Shown here: piece after piece, positions 15,807 through 25,698 of the stretch
How positions within the stretch are numbered: the first letter of the stretch is position 1
How the letters are laid out: each line of letters begins with the position of its first letter
Program-made: the position numbers and the translations under genes
Notes under the pieces: generated by a model
The model's input: the letters and a program-made list of their open reading frames with translations, nothing else
Databases searched by the model: none
Told to the model about the DNA's origin: nothing
IMG/VR virus record: IMGVR_UViG_3300023284_000556
Span: 1-35,124 of that record
Length of the DNA stretch: 35,124 nucleotides
From: a virus
Lineage: Duplodnaviria; Caudoviricetes
Reading direction: 5' to 3' (one strand)

Positions 15807-15937
15807 TTTTTCGGTTTCCTTGGTTTCCTTGGATTCCTGCTTATTACTGTTGGACGTATTCTTATTTTTGGCGGCAATCCTGCAATTTTACTTGATGGTT
15901 TTGGTTTACGTCTTATTGGATGTTCACTTTTCGACAT
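15803..15937 (-). CDS. 44-aa Pro/Arg/Lys-rich cationic peptide (not in ORF track)
   Basis: GAGGTGAT RBS just upstream of the ATG; MSKSEHPIRRKPKPSSKIAGLPPKIRIRPTVISRNPRKPRKPKK; the TGA overlaps the next ATG (ATGA); fills an otherwise empty gap. Confidence 0.75.
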   Translation of the reverse strand: MSKSEHPIRRKPKPSSKIAGLPPKIRIRPTVISRNPRKPRKPKK

Positions 15938-16208
15938 TCTTAATCACCTCTAATGTGGTTATTCTCGTATCATGGTCTTTTAAACCTTCCTCAAATTTTT
16001 CATGTTCTCTATTATTTTTTATAAAATCTTTATTCATTGTGTTACTTATAGATTCTACTTTTTCAACTAAGTTTTTAAAAAGTTGGTATGCCTCTCCTTT
16101 TTTAAAAGAGGTTTTTATCATCCACACCCCTATAGTAACTATAACCGCAAATATTCCAATTATAGATCCTATGACTGTGAATAAATTTTTAAAAAATACT
16201 AAATCCAT
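15924..16208 (-). CDS. Single-TM plus coiled-coil protein (holin/XhlA-like class)
   Basis: TM helix at about aa 10-30, followed by a helical tail ending DHDTRITTLE; first gene of the lysis cassette. Confidence 0.7.
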   Translation of the reverse strand: MDLVFFKNLFTVIGSIIGIFAVIVTIGVWMIKTSFKKGEAYQLFKNLVEKVESISNTMNKDFIKNNREHEKFEEGLKDHDTRITTLEVIKNVEK

Positions 16209-16257
16209 TATATAGATACCATAGTATAATGTTTACACCTATATCTTGCATATTTTA

Positions 16258-17715
16258 TTATATTTTCATTAAAACAAACACACCAACCACAGGATGCAAT
16301 ACAGATGTAGAATTACCAGTAAATGATCCACCTGAATGATTATGTGAACTTCCACTGCCAGTACTTGAGCTTAAACCAACTGTTGCAGCAGTTGCGGTAT
16401 TTTCCATAATATAGTTACCGGAATTGACACCACTAATATTTGAAGCTGCTACTTGTTCTGTATTGGTCAATTGAACACCGGCACCTGCCAACGCAAGAAT
16501 TTCGTTTGTGTGAGTAAAATGTTTATGTGCTGGCATTTGAGAAATACTAAGACTTGTACTACCACTCGTACCAACTGTACCAGAAGAAGCAACCGTAGAA
16601 GCACCAGCAGTTTTACCGGCTTTTGAAAGAGTTGAATTGACTGCCATCATAGAAGCATCAGTATAATCAGGAAGTGTAAGCGTTTTATTTGCTGCAAAAT
16701 CTGCTGCCGCATTTCCTCCCCTACCTCCTGATACTGGAGCTTCAGCATTATCGACATTATCCCATAATATTCTAAATATTCCCTCAAATTGATCTGCCGC
16801 ATTGTTTGCACCGGATGATCCATTTCCAACCGTTATAGCTCCATCTAATTCAAGATAACCAGGTTTAGTTTGAGCTGGATAATTTATAATATCTCCTGTT
16901 ACAGCTCCCATATCCAAAGGTTGAAATTGTGTACCATCATACATAATTTTTACAATTTGATTTGTTTTAATAGCAAATGGAGGTAAATCAAAAAAACCTT
17001 CAACTTTTATATCTTTTGCTCCTAAGCCGTTTACATTTACAGTAACAGCTGCTGTACTTAAAAAATTTGCTTGAAAATGAATAACTTGTCCAGCTACAAG
17101 TGATGTGATAGCCGGTGCTAATGTTACGACATACGCATTTGCCGAACCTGTAGACACAATAAAAGAAGTAACATGCAAATCTGTTATAGTTTCATAAGCA
17201 GTTTCAGCTTGATTTACAACCACATGTTTTCCTGCATCTCCACCCCCAATAGCAGGAAGATTGCCGCTCGCACTTGCAACTAAAATAATTCTAAAATTAG
17301 TTCCGTCAAATGTAAGATTTATTTCACTTCCAGCTGGTATATCGCCAGCACCGGGATCCGTTGTTCCATCTGAAAGTTTTATACTTTTGGGTCCAAGTGT
17401 TGCAACATTTACAGTAGAAGCTCCTGTATTGACATTACCAGGTAAAAATCTTACTAGCATACCGTTAAAATATGCAATAGGTGATTTTTTAGATCCTATT
17501 AAATTTAATACATAAGTATCTGCAACACCGGAATCTGTATAAAAAGTTCCACCAGCTGAATATATGGACATAGCTTTGCTTACTTGATCTAGCGTACCAA
17601 TATCAAGAGTCTGTCCGGTGTCTGTAATCGAGGTTTCCATCTCATCCGGTATTTGATTGAACTCAGCCGCCGGCAAAGTTGTAATGCCGTCTGTTTTTGT
17701 TGGTATATTTTGCAT
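16258..17715 (-). CDS. Tail fibre protein with a collar-like domain and His-containing tip
   Basis: Follows the gp48-like gene; duplicated beta domain (NTGASTVNV..LGPK / STAAVTVNVNGLGAK), collar-like TGDI...GYLELDG...LPD, tip LSISQMPAHKH...HNH. Confidence 0.85.
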   Translation of the reverse strand: MQNIPTKTDGITTLPAAEFNQIPDEMETSITDTGQTLDIGTLDQVSKAMSIYSAGGTFYTDSGVADTYVLNLIGSKKSPIAYFNGMLVRFLPGNVNTGASTVNVATLGPKSIKLSDGTTDPGAGDIPAGSEINLTFDGTNFRIILVASASGNLPAIGGGDAGKHVVVNQAETAYETITDLHVTSFIVSTGSANAYVVTLAPAITSLVAGQVIHFQANFLSTAAVTVNVNGLGAKDIKVEGFFDLPPFAIKTNQIVKIMYDGTQFQPLDMGAVTGDIINYPAQTKPGYLELDGAITVGNGSSGANNAADQFEGIFRILWDNVDNAEAPVSGGRGGNAAADFAANKTLTLPDYTDASMMAVNSTLSKAGKTAGASTVASSGTVGTSGSTSLSISQMPAHKHFTHTNEILALAGAGVQLTNTEQVAASNISGVNSGNYIMENTATAATVGLSSSTGSGSSHNHSGGSFTGNSTSVLHPVVGVFVLMKI

Positions 17716-17758
17716 ATCATAACCTTTTTAATATAATATTTATTTTATATAATAAATA

Positions 17759-18364
17759 TCAACCTGTAAATCTTAAAAGTAGATCAACATTAGCTGGTTT
17801 TATCACATTTAGCAGACATATAACTATATTATTCACATTGCTTGCAAATTCTACAGGAAATGGCAAAGGAAAAACGGCATTATTACTGTCTAGATTAACA
17901 ACCAATGTGAATCTTGCTTGTTGTGGATCCTTAAAAAATTCCGTTGGAAATATCATAGGAAATATCCCAACATCTGCACCTGGTTGTAATATTACAGTAA
18001 AACCCAATTCTTCAATTACTGATACAAATTCTTCTGACGTTTGTACATTCATTTTTGCAAATTTTATCAACACATGGGTACGTCTTTCTTCCAAATCTCC
18101 AGTTCCAGGAAAACAATCATCTGGTATTCCTACTGCTGATTCCCAATTACTAATTAATTCTGTTGTAAAATTAATGTCATAATCTTCTGACAGATCATTC
18201 ATTCCATCATAAACCCTTTTTAACTCTCCAGATAAACCCTCAAGAAATTTTCTTAAAGTGGCAGTAGGTTCATTTCTTGCATCAAAGACTTTCCCTTCAG
18301 GCAAAAATTGTGCAAGGCTATTGGTTTGTTCTGTAATATTTTTTTCATCAAATAATCTGGTCAT
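17759..18364 (-). CDS. Baseplate protein, Mu gp48 / DUF2313-like
   Basis: LAQFLPEG, WESAVGIPDDC...LEERR and C..NVIKPA. Confidence 0.88.
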   Translation of the reverse strand: MTRLFDEKNITEQTNSLAQFLPEGKVFDARNEPTATLRKFLEGLSGELKRVYDGMNDLSEDYDINFTTELISNWESAVGIPDDCFPGTGDLEERRTHVLIKFAKMNVQTSEEFVSVIEELGFTVILQPGADVGIFPMIFPTEFFKDPQQARFTLVVNLDSNNAVFPLPFPVEFASNVNNIVICLLNVIKPANVDLLLRFTG

Positions 18365-19911
18365 GGATAAATGATAGTCCCTAAAATTGGTATCTCATTG
18401 GAAGCAATAGCAACGTCTCCTGTTGGTGTAGATAAAACAAAATCCGTTATAATATCCCCTGTTTCCTGATCAACTGTCTGAAATATAACAGACTCGTACG
18501 CAAACGCCTTTAAATCTTCACCAACAGTTGTACCTTCCCTGAAAAATGCGGTTAGATTTGCAGTAACTTCTGCTTGCATAGTTGAAGTGTTTGGTACTAA
18601 TGTTGTGAAAGTAAAATCAACAGAATTGCCAACAGGCGCATTAACAATAACATCATCATCTGAAGTATGTGCGGGTTTTATTTCCAATATTTTATCTTTG
18701 GTTGTAGTCACTTCAGCAGCAGAAGGAATAATATTCAAGTCATTGTCCCTTGTGAAAAATATGATAACCTGACCCAAAGTTACGGAAGGGTCTGCAATAA
18801 TCGTGCCAGTTGCAGGACTTGTAGGTGTTCCTAATACTACATAAATAAAACTAGTCATATCGATTATAAGTATTCTAAAAATGCCATTATACTCTGTTTC
18901 AACTGCACCACTTATATTTACAGTCATATTGTCCTCTAAACCATGAGCTGTAGGGGTTATTACTGTAGCTACATCTCCTGATCTTGTAATTGATGTAACC
19001 GATAAAGACTCTCCAAATAATTCTCCAGCTTCTGTTATAAAAACACGGGTCACACCAGCAACCTCTTTGGCTTGTGCGACTATTTGATTTTTATTGAAAT
19101 TTGCTACCGGATTTTGATATTTGTCAAGTATTCTTAATCTTAAATCTTCATCGGACTCTAAATCGGTACCACCTGAAATTTCACCAAATTGTACAATAGC
19201 TGTATCATCCACACCGGCTATGGGGCTACTGAAAGTCAAGTTTGTTCCAGAAGATAGGTTTTGAGCATCCCCAAATGCAACAGATTCTATGGACATGGAA
19301 ACCATATCAGCATCGGCCGTTATAGTGCCTGTAGCAGGGCTAGAAGGGGTTGTTGCTATAGTGTAAGTAAAAGTGTCTGCTGCTGTTACTGTGACTGTCT
19401 GACTGCCGTTATATTCAGTTTCAACCGCTCCCAACATGTCCACAACTTGATTAGAAGTAAATTGATGATCACTAGCTGTTACAGCCGTGACAGTGCTGCC
19501 CGAACGAGTAAGACTTGTAACAGAAATAAGAATATTTGTTATAACTGTAGATGCAGTAGTAATAAATTGGTTACTATCTGCATCTTGCAATGCTGTAAAT
19601 ATTGGAATTGAAGAAGAAATTGTTCCTGTAGCAGTGGCAAATCCAGAAGATTTTGTTGCTGCATTTCTTGTTATATCTTTATATGATCCCCATCTTTCCA
19701 AAAAATCATTCGTTGCTGTATCTACAAATAGTTCACGGATTAAAATATCCAGTTGTAAGTAAAAGTCAAATATGCGTCCCGCATAACTGACTATCATTGC
19801 CCCTAAGAATGAATTTTTAAAAAAAGGGTTTGACTCTGGCAATGCGTTTTGTACATCCGTTCTCGCCCTATCCACAACTTCTTGCTGATCTTCAGGTATA
19901 TTAAATGCCAT
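18361..19911 (-). CDS. Baseplate J / Mu gp47-like wedge protein with two inserted domains
   Basis: LFVDTA...LERWG...R..A, GGTDLESDEDLRLRIL and AKEVAGVTRVF; insertions at about aa 129-199 and 303-373. Confidence 0.92.
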   Translation of the reverse strand: MAFNIPEDQQEVVDRARTDVQNALPESNPFFKNSFLGAMIVSYAGRIFDFYLQLDILIRELFVDTATNDFLERWGSYKDITRNAATKSSGFATATGTISSSIPIFTALQDADSNQFITTASTVITNILISVTSLTRSGSTVTAVTASDHQFTSNQVVDMLGAVETEYNGSQTVTVTAADTFTYTIATTPSSPATGTITADADMVSMSIESVAFGDAQNLSSGTNLTFSSPIAGVDDTAIVQFGEISGGTDLESDEDLRLRILDKYQNPVANFNKNQIVAQAKEVAGVTRVFITEAGELFGESLSVTSITRSGDVATVITPTAHGLEDNMTVNISGAVETEYNGIFRILIIDMTSFIYVVLGTPTSPATGTIIADPSVTLGQVIIFFTRDNDLNIIPSAAEVTTTKDKILEIKPAHTSDDDVIVNAPVGNSVDFTFTTLVPNTSTMQAEVTANLTAFFREGTTVGEDLKAFAYESVIFQTVDQETGDIITDFVLSTPTGDVAIASNEIPILGTIIYP

Positions 19912-19914
19912 GTG

Positions 19915-20367
19915 TTATCCTATTGTTTTTCCGCTATTTTGCCATAAATCAAAAAACTTGTTTTCAACTCTTGATTGATCCCTGAAGATTTTAACATTCA
20001 ATCCAAGAGTACCGTTTGTAAACAACGCATTAACTTCAACTTTTTCAGCGTGATTATCATCAATTGACCATTGTAAAGCGTTTTGTGCAAAATCAATCGC
20101 ACTATTTAAAGTGTCTTGTGTATTCCTTGCCTGATATAAAAGCCATAATTTAGAACCCAATTCAAAAGTTGCATCACCATTAAATGGATTCCCCCACCAA
20201 CCACGTCTTAATTCCGCTGGCGGTATTTCAGTTTCATCAGCTCTTTTGTCTGCAAACAATGCTACGGTTATAGATGTATCAAAATTATCTACGGATGTAA
20301 AATCTCCATTTGTAATAGATAAATCAAAAAAACCAGCTTCTTTTGATAATGCTAAATCTACTGCCAT
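19915..20367 (-). CDS. Baseplate protein, Mu gp46-like
   Basis: ALFADKRA...RRGWWG...LGSKLWLL...ALQW. Confidence 0.92.
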   Translation of the reverse strand: MAVDLALSKEAGFFDLSITNGDFTSVDNFDTSITVALFADKRADETEIPPAELRRGWWGNPFNGDATFELGSKLWLLYQARNTQDTLNSAIDFAQNALQWSIDDNHAEKVEVNALFTNGTLGLNVKIFRDQSRVENKFFDLWQNSGKTIG

Positions 20368-20374
20368 ATTTTAC

Positions 20375-21037
20375 CTATATACTGCTATTCGGTCCGGCTG
20401 TTGGTGATGGTGCGTTATCATTCTCATTGTGTGTATGGCTATTAAATGTCGATTTAATGGCACTCATAGTAATGGATGATCCAGTAGAAAATGCTGTTAT
20501 TTCCCCTGTAACATTTAATGCCCCATCAATTGTTGTAGTGGGTGAAGTTAAAGTCGTATTTCCTGTGACATCTGCTGTCAATGTCCCGCTTATTGTAGAA
20601 GTAACATTTCCCGTAACTGTTAAAGTGACATTACCACTAACCGTTAAATTACTATCACCTTCTACAGTTACGTTACTATCACCAACTATACTTACATTTT
20701 GGTCATTTTTACAAGTAATTTCTATATCGCCGTTTTCCAGAAATTTTACTACACTTTTTGTCACAGGGTTTCCAACTGCAACTTCACCTTCTTTTAAATT
20801 TTTAAATCTAATTTTTGGTGTATTACCAATACCCGCCTTATTTTCTTCTTGACCTAAAACACTAAATGTTAAAACGAGGGCATCAACTGGTAAATTGCCA
20901 GCAAGTCCATACGGATAAATGACTTCTAAATTTGCGGTTTTATTATTCCATTGGACTTGAGAAACGGGGAATTGTCCAGTGTCATCCGTTTTCCTGGAAA
21001 CTATAGTTCTTTTTATCAGATTAAATAAATTTATCAT
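20375..21037 (-). CDS. Baseplate central spike, Mu gp45-like
   Basis: PYG..GNLP, LKEGEVAV, 8-residue beta-helix repeats and a C-terminal HTH (HxH metal site). Confidence 0.9.
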   Translation of the reverse strand: MINLFNLIKRTIVSRKTDDTGQFPVSQVQWNNKTANLEVIYPYGLAGNLPVDALVLTFSVLGQEENKAGIGNTPKIRFKNLKEGEVAVGNPVTKSVVKFLENGDIEITCKNDQNVSIVGDSNVTVEGDSNLTVSGNVTLTVTGNVTSTISGTLTADVTGNTTLTSPTTTIDGALNVTGEITAFSTGSSITMSAIKSTFNSHTHNENDNAPSPTAGPNSSI

Positions 21038-22146
21038 ATGCCAAACACTAAATTTTGTCCTTCTTGATTCGCTCTTGCACTTGCCTCATCTATTTGCGCT
21101 TGTAAAGTATAAGAATTTGAAGCAACTAATTGTATTGTTGTTGTAGATCCAGTATCTAAACCTAAATTATATTCTACAGATTTTATCAATAAAGTGGAAT
21201 TAATATCTGAAAACTCATCATCAACTTTTACAAGTTCGTTAGGTTTCCATAATATTGTATTATTAATGTCTTGATGGAATCCTTGAACTACAATCGAAAA
21301 ATCAGTTGATCTTGCCCTCCTAATATTTCTATTCCATATAGCTAAATTTCCTAGATCTACGTTATTATCAGAAGAATTTGAGGATATTTCCATTTGTCTT
21401 GATGAACGTATGGTATCATCGATTGCTTCACCTTCCTGATTTGGAATATTCGACAATGTAACATCAGCCCCAAAACTTAAAGCAGCAGGATTTAGTTGTG
21501 ATCTCATAATATATTTATTAAATAACCCATTACTGGTATAATTAATAATTGCAGATTTAATATTATTAAATTGACCATTTATTTTATTTGTAAGTATAGT
21601 TTGGGATTCTATCGTCCCTGATCTTGTAATAACTAAATCACCATTACCATTTGTTGTTAATAGCACTTGTCTTTTTTGTGCGTAAATTTCTATAAATTCA
21701 AATACAGTTTGACCGATTGAAGAACTGTATTGTGTACCTTCGGGAAAAGCCTCTATCGCTCCGGCATTATTAACAATCGAAATTTCCGTTAGACCATTTT
21801 CATCCAGTACGGTTCTAATAATAGTTTCCAATGACGTAGGGGCCGTAAATTCTTTATTCCCTATCAATGTGCTATCTATAATATCCGATGTTCTGTCTCT
21901 TCCCTGCACAAGAATTGAATGACTTTCAGAATCGTAAGAAACTTCAACAGAATCTACAAAACCATTAATAACTGGTTCATTGTTAATAAATATTTTACAA
22001 GGATCGCTACGTTTTATAGGAAATACGGTAACGTCATTGGACGTAGCAGAAAATATGAAAGATCCGCTTATTGTTTCGATGTTTTTAAAAACCTGTACAT
22101 TTTCAAAACCTTCAAATCTTATACCATTAATTTCAATAGTTATCAT
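21034..22146 (-). CDS. Baseplate hub, Mu gp44-like
   Basis: INGFVD...VQGRDRTSDIIDS and LWKPNELVKVDD. Confidence 0.9.
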   Translation of the reverse strand: MITIEINGIRFEGFENVQVFKNIETISGSFIFSATSNDVTVFPIKRSDPCKIFINNEPVINGFVDSVEVSYDSESHSILVQGRDRTSDIIDSTLIGNKEFTAPTSLETIIRTVLDENGLTEISIVNNAGAIEAFPEGTQYSSSIGQTVFEFIEIYAQKRQVLLTTNGNGDLVITRSGTIESQTILTNKINGQFNNIKSAIINYTSNGLFNKYIMRSQLNPAALSFGADVTLSNIPNQEGEAIDDTIRSSRQMEISSNSSDNNVDLGNLAIWNRNIRRARSTDFSIVVQGFHQDINNTILWKPNELVKVDDEFSDINSTLLIKSVEYNLGLDTGSTTTIQLVASNSYTLQAQIDEASARANQEGQNLVFGI

Positions 22147-23357
22147 AATGTTAATATATTTACAGTCCCACTAACAAAAGTAGGATTTTTAAATTTATTC
22201 AAATCTATAATGGTTTGATTATTATCTAAATTACCATAATATTGATAAGTTAAAATAGTGGTTGATATTTCTTTCGTTTGAATTTCAGCAATTTTAAAAA
22301 CATTTACAGCTTCATTTTCAAGAAATTTTTGTACTTCAACCCTTAATTCTTTTATTTGTTGTATGGTATCACCGGATAATTGAACAACATCTTCGCTTAA
22401 TAATTTATTGTTATCGACAACAGATTCAAATTGATCATCTAATATTTGTTGTATCTCTTTAATGTCATCTTCAGTATTGAAAGTTAATGAAGGTACAACA
22501 TTAAAAGCATCTGCAAGAGCATTTACTTTTATAACATTATTAATTAAATTCCTGTTATTATCACGTTCGATTCTTTGTAAAGTTGATCTTATTATAGGTT
22601 CGTCGTCATCGCCAAAATCAAACAATTTTTGTAAAATATCAAACTGGTTTCTAGGGACATCGCTTAATGATGCAAAATCATTAAATAGTCCTGTTATTCT
22701 AGGGGCTAGATCCAAAGGATTAAATATTAAACCGTTCAAATCATTTCTGAATGATATAATACTATCATCAAAAGAACTAATTTTTTCCCTAACAGCAACG
22801 ACTGTATCTCTTGCTGTTTCAAATTTATCTGTAACTGAAGTTAAAACTACTTTTGCTGATTGAAAATTTGCCTTGAATCTATCTGGTATTTTAAAAAAAC
22901 TACCTACATCGTTTTCTGACGATGCTAAAACGGCTATTGTAGTATTATTAATTAAAGAAGCGTTATTTTCTGAGTCTCTAGGGAATATAGATTCACCTGC
23001 TCTATTAAAAAGCATAGAAAATTTTGCAACACCAAGTGTAGTTGTATCTTCAATTAATGTATACGGCTCTGCAACTACTGTGAGTGTACCAAAAAAAGGG
23101 TGTATTAATTCTCCTAAACCTTCAGATTTTAACGCTGAAATTAAAGCATCTCTGTCATTGAAATAATTTTTCCCATGAACAATACCCTGAATTGTAAAAG
23201 TCTCTCTTAATTCTCCCAAATCTTCTACAAATCTTCTATCGCTGTTTGGGTACTCATGTACAATAGTTTTCCTACCCCCCGATGTTGAACCGGAACGTAT
23301 CAAAAATGTAGCACCTTTATAACTTGCTACATGTAAATCCTCTAATATTGAAGTCAT
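22143..23357 (-). CDS. Mu N-like DNA circularization N-terminal domain protein
   Basis: ASYKGATF...GGRK..VHEYP...VEDLG...GELIHPFFG. Confidence 0.92.
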   Translation of the reverse strand: MTSILEDLHVASYKGATFLIRSGSTSGGRKTIVHEYPNSDRRFVEDLGELRETFTIQGIVHGKNYFNDRDALISALKSEGLGELIHPFFGTLTVVAEPYTLIEDTTTLGVAKFSMLFNRAGESIFPRDSENNASLINNTTIAVLASSENDVGSFFKIPDRFKANFQSAKVVLTSVTDKFETARDTVVAVREKISSFDDSIISFRNDLNGLIFNPLDLAPRITGLFNDFASLSDVPRNQFDILQKLFDFGDDDEPIIRSTLQRIERDNNRNLINNVIKVNALADAFNVVPSLTFNTEDDIKEIQQILDDQFESVVDNNKLLSEDVVQLSGDTIQQIKELRVEVQKFLENEAVNVFKIAEIQTKEISTTILTYQYYGNLDNNQTIIDLNKFKNPTFVSGTVNILTL

Positions 23358-25066
23358 GGGCCTACACCAACCAGATTTAAGCCTAAGTTACCCATTGTAA
23401 CGCCTGAAGTTCTAGCATCAAAGCTACTTACAACACCGGCAGGAGCATTAATATTAATATTACCATCTAATCTATTTCTAGTTATAACTTCTCTTGCTGC
23501 AATACCTATACCAGCTGTATCGTCTAATTGATTAAGTGCAATGGTTTTATTAATTGCTCCTGTTCCTCCTGCTATTGCTATTGATGCAGCATCACGTAAT
23601 TCATCGGCTGCTATATTAATTTTAAATCCTTCAATACCAAATAAATGTTTTAACCATTGAGGCATTTGTAAATCAAATAATCCTAAAAAAGATTGAACTA
23701 GCCCACCAATTTCTTTTTTAAATATAATTAATCCAGATATTGCGGCTATTATTCCGACAGCAATTAGTCTAAATGGATTTGCAAATAATGCTGTATTAAA
23801 TGCTAATGTCGCTATTGTTGCTAACTTCATAGCTCCAGCCCATGCTAATGTGGCAATTTTAGCTGTTATCAAAATTGATACAAATGTTGCTATAAATTTT
23901 GTGAATTTAGGAAATTTTTCAAAAAAGGTATTAAATATTCTAGATATAAATGTTAAAGCACCCGCAAGATTCCTAAGCGCACCAGTTAACCCCAAATCCC
24001 CGATTGTTATAATAAGACCCTCAAATGCGGATAAAGTTTCTTTAGCAGCACCAAGTAAATTATTCCTCATAATGGTTGCCATTTTCTTAGCAGCACCAGA
24101 AGAATTACTTAATTTTTGATTAAGTCTCTCAATTTTAGGAATATTTTTTACCAAAACAGTAAACGCAGGACCACCACGATCTCCGAATATTTTTAAAGCA
24201 TCTGAAGCAGTAAGATTAGCTTTTGCAAGTTCTTTTAATATTGTTATTAAATCATTTGTTTCAGGATTTATTTTTCTTAAATTAACACCTACGGCTGCTA
24301 ATGCTTTAGATATTGCTTTAGTTGGTGATCCTAATTCAGATAAAACTCTTCTAAGCCCTGTACCCGCCATAGCTCCTTGTAAACCCGCATCTGATAAAGC
24401 ACCTAAAGCAGACGCTGTCTGTTCGATAGATTGCCCCATAGCTGCTGCAATAGGTCCAACAAATTTCATTGCATCCCCTAATTGTTGTACATTAGTATTT
24501 GCAGAAGCATTAATTGTTGCCATTAAATCGGCAATTTTATTTGTTTTGCTAGCTTCAATTCCAAAACCAGTCATAATATTAGAAGTAATATCAGCCGCTG
24601 TTGCTAAATCTAACGAACTTGATGCTGCTAAATCTAATACTGAAGGCATTGCTTTTATTATTGTTGATGCACTAAAACCAGCTCTGGCTAAAAATTCCAT
24701 ACCACTGGCTGCCTGAGAAGCACTAAATACAGTTGTAGCCCCTAAATCTTTAGCTAGGAGCCTCATATCTTTAAATTCTTTATTAGTTGAACCAGAAACC
24801 GCTAATACTTTAGACATGGCCGCATCAAAATCCACCAATGCCTTTACTCCTACTGCCCCGGCCATAGCAGTACCAAGTCCGATAAGTCTTGATTTCACAC
24901 TATTAAGAGTATTACCAAAACGCCCCATGATGCGGTTTGTTCTGTCCATTTGATCTTTTAAACGTTTGAATTTTTTTTGAGTTCGTTCAACAGAATTGTT
25001 GATTCTATTTGCAATTGGTGTAAATTTGTCAATTGCTTGATAAATGTATGAAATATTAAACGCCAT
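23354..25066 (-). CDS. Tail tape measure protein (TP901-like core)
   Basis: AIDKFT N-terminus; LGATTVFSASQAA, VLDLAA and AGLQGAMAGTGLR. True start is likely ATG 25066 (MAFNIS), not TTG 25108. Confidence 0.93.
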   Translation of the reverse strand: MAFNISYIYQAIDKFTPIANRINNSVERTQKKFKRLKDQMDRTNRIMGRFGNTLNSVKSRLIGLGTAMAGAVGVKALVDFDAAMSKVLAVSGSTNKEFKDMRLLAKDLGATTVFSASQAASGMEFLARAGFSASTIIKAMPSVLDLAASSSLDLATAADITSNIMTGFGIEASKTNKIADLMATINASANTNVQQLGDAMKFVGPIAAAMGQSIEQTASALGALSDAGLQGAMAGTGLRRVLSELGSPTKAISKALAAVGVNLRKINPETNDLITILKELAKANLTASDALKIFGDRGGPAFTVLVKNIPKIERLNQKLSNSSGAAKKMATIMRNNLLGAAKETLSAFEGLIITIGDLGLTGALRNLAGALTFISRIFNTFFEKFPKFTKFIATFVSILITAKIATLAWAGAMKLATIATLAFNTALFANPFRLIAVGIIAAISGLIIFKKEIGGLVQSFLGLFDLQMPQWLKHLFGIEGFKINIAADELRDAASIAIAGGTGAINKTIALNQLDDTAGIGIAAREVITRNRLDGNININAPAGVVSSFDARTSGVTMGNLGLNLVGVGP

Positions 25067-25248
25067 TTTTTGCTGCCTTTTCTCGTTCTTTAAGTATACG
25101 TTCAGCAAAATTTTTTTTCTTTAAAATTTCGGGGTATGGCATTTCGTCGTATTCAGCCCAGGATCCCCCTTTATAAAACGCCTTAAGGTTTGCAATGATA
25201 TAATCTATTTTTTCCTTGAAGCTTTCATCGAAGATGAAAGCAAAAAAA
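25056..25248 (-). other. Programmed -1 frameshift site and gpT-like extension of the chaperone
   Basis: T7 run (ATT TTT TTG) at 25248-25242. The -1 frame stays open to TAA at 25058-25056 and reads FAFIFDESFKEKIDYIIANLKAFYKGGSWAEYDEMPYPEILKKKNFAERILKEREKAAKNGV. Confidence 0.8.
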
Positions 25249-25657
25249 TTGAAAGATATTCCCCTATTAAATTATTTGAATCTTCAGTAGACATATTATC
25301 ATAAATAGTTCTTGTCATTTTTTGTGTATCATTAACAAAAGCAATCCCATTTAATAGAAGATCTCTAAATGTTTCTTGATATTTTCCAAGATCAACATCA
25401 GACATCATAATAAGAGTCATTATTTCTCTTCCTGAAACTTCATCTTTTTCATCAAAAGTTTCAGAAGTATTTTGATTTTTTTGTAAACTATTAACAGCTC
25501 TGAAAAATCCTTGTTGTAAAGCTGCTGTTTGTCTTGATTGTTTATTTGAAGGAGCTTTTAAAATCAAAGTTTCAGTCGTCGCTTTGGATTCACCTCCGTC
25601 ATGATATGAAAGGGGTTTAATTAATTCAAATACAAATTCGCTTTTATATTCTTCCAT
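25205..25657 (-). CDS. Tail assembly chaperone (lambda gpG equivalent)
   Basis: Lies between tube and tape measure genes; FELIKPL.Y...LILKAP pattern. Confidence 0.8.
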   Translation of the reverse strand: MEEYKSEFVFELIKPLSYHDGGESKATTETLILKAPSNKQSRQTAALQQGFFRAVNSLQKNQNTSETFDEKDEVSGREIMTLIMMSDVDLGKYQETFRDLLLNGIAFVNDTQKMTRTIYDNMSTEDSNNLIGEYLSIFLLSSSMKASRKK

Positions 25658-25698
25658 AAAGTTTCCTATATTTAATAATCGTTAAATTATTGAGACTA

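Noticed and set aside
15820-16215. Hydrophobic + strand 131-aa ORF
   Set aside because: Antisense shadow of two better-supported - strand genes (the 94-aa TM protein and the 44-aa peptide).
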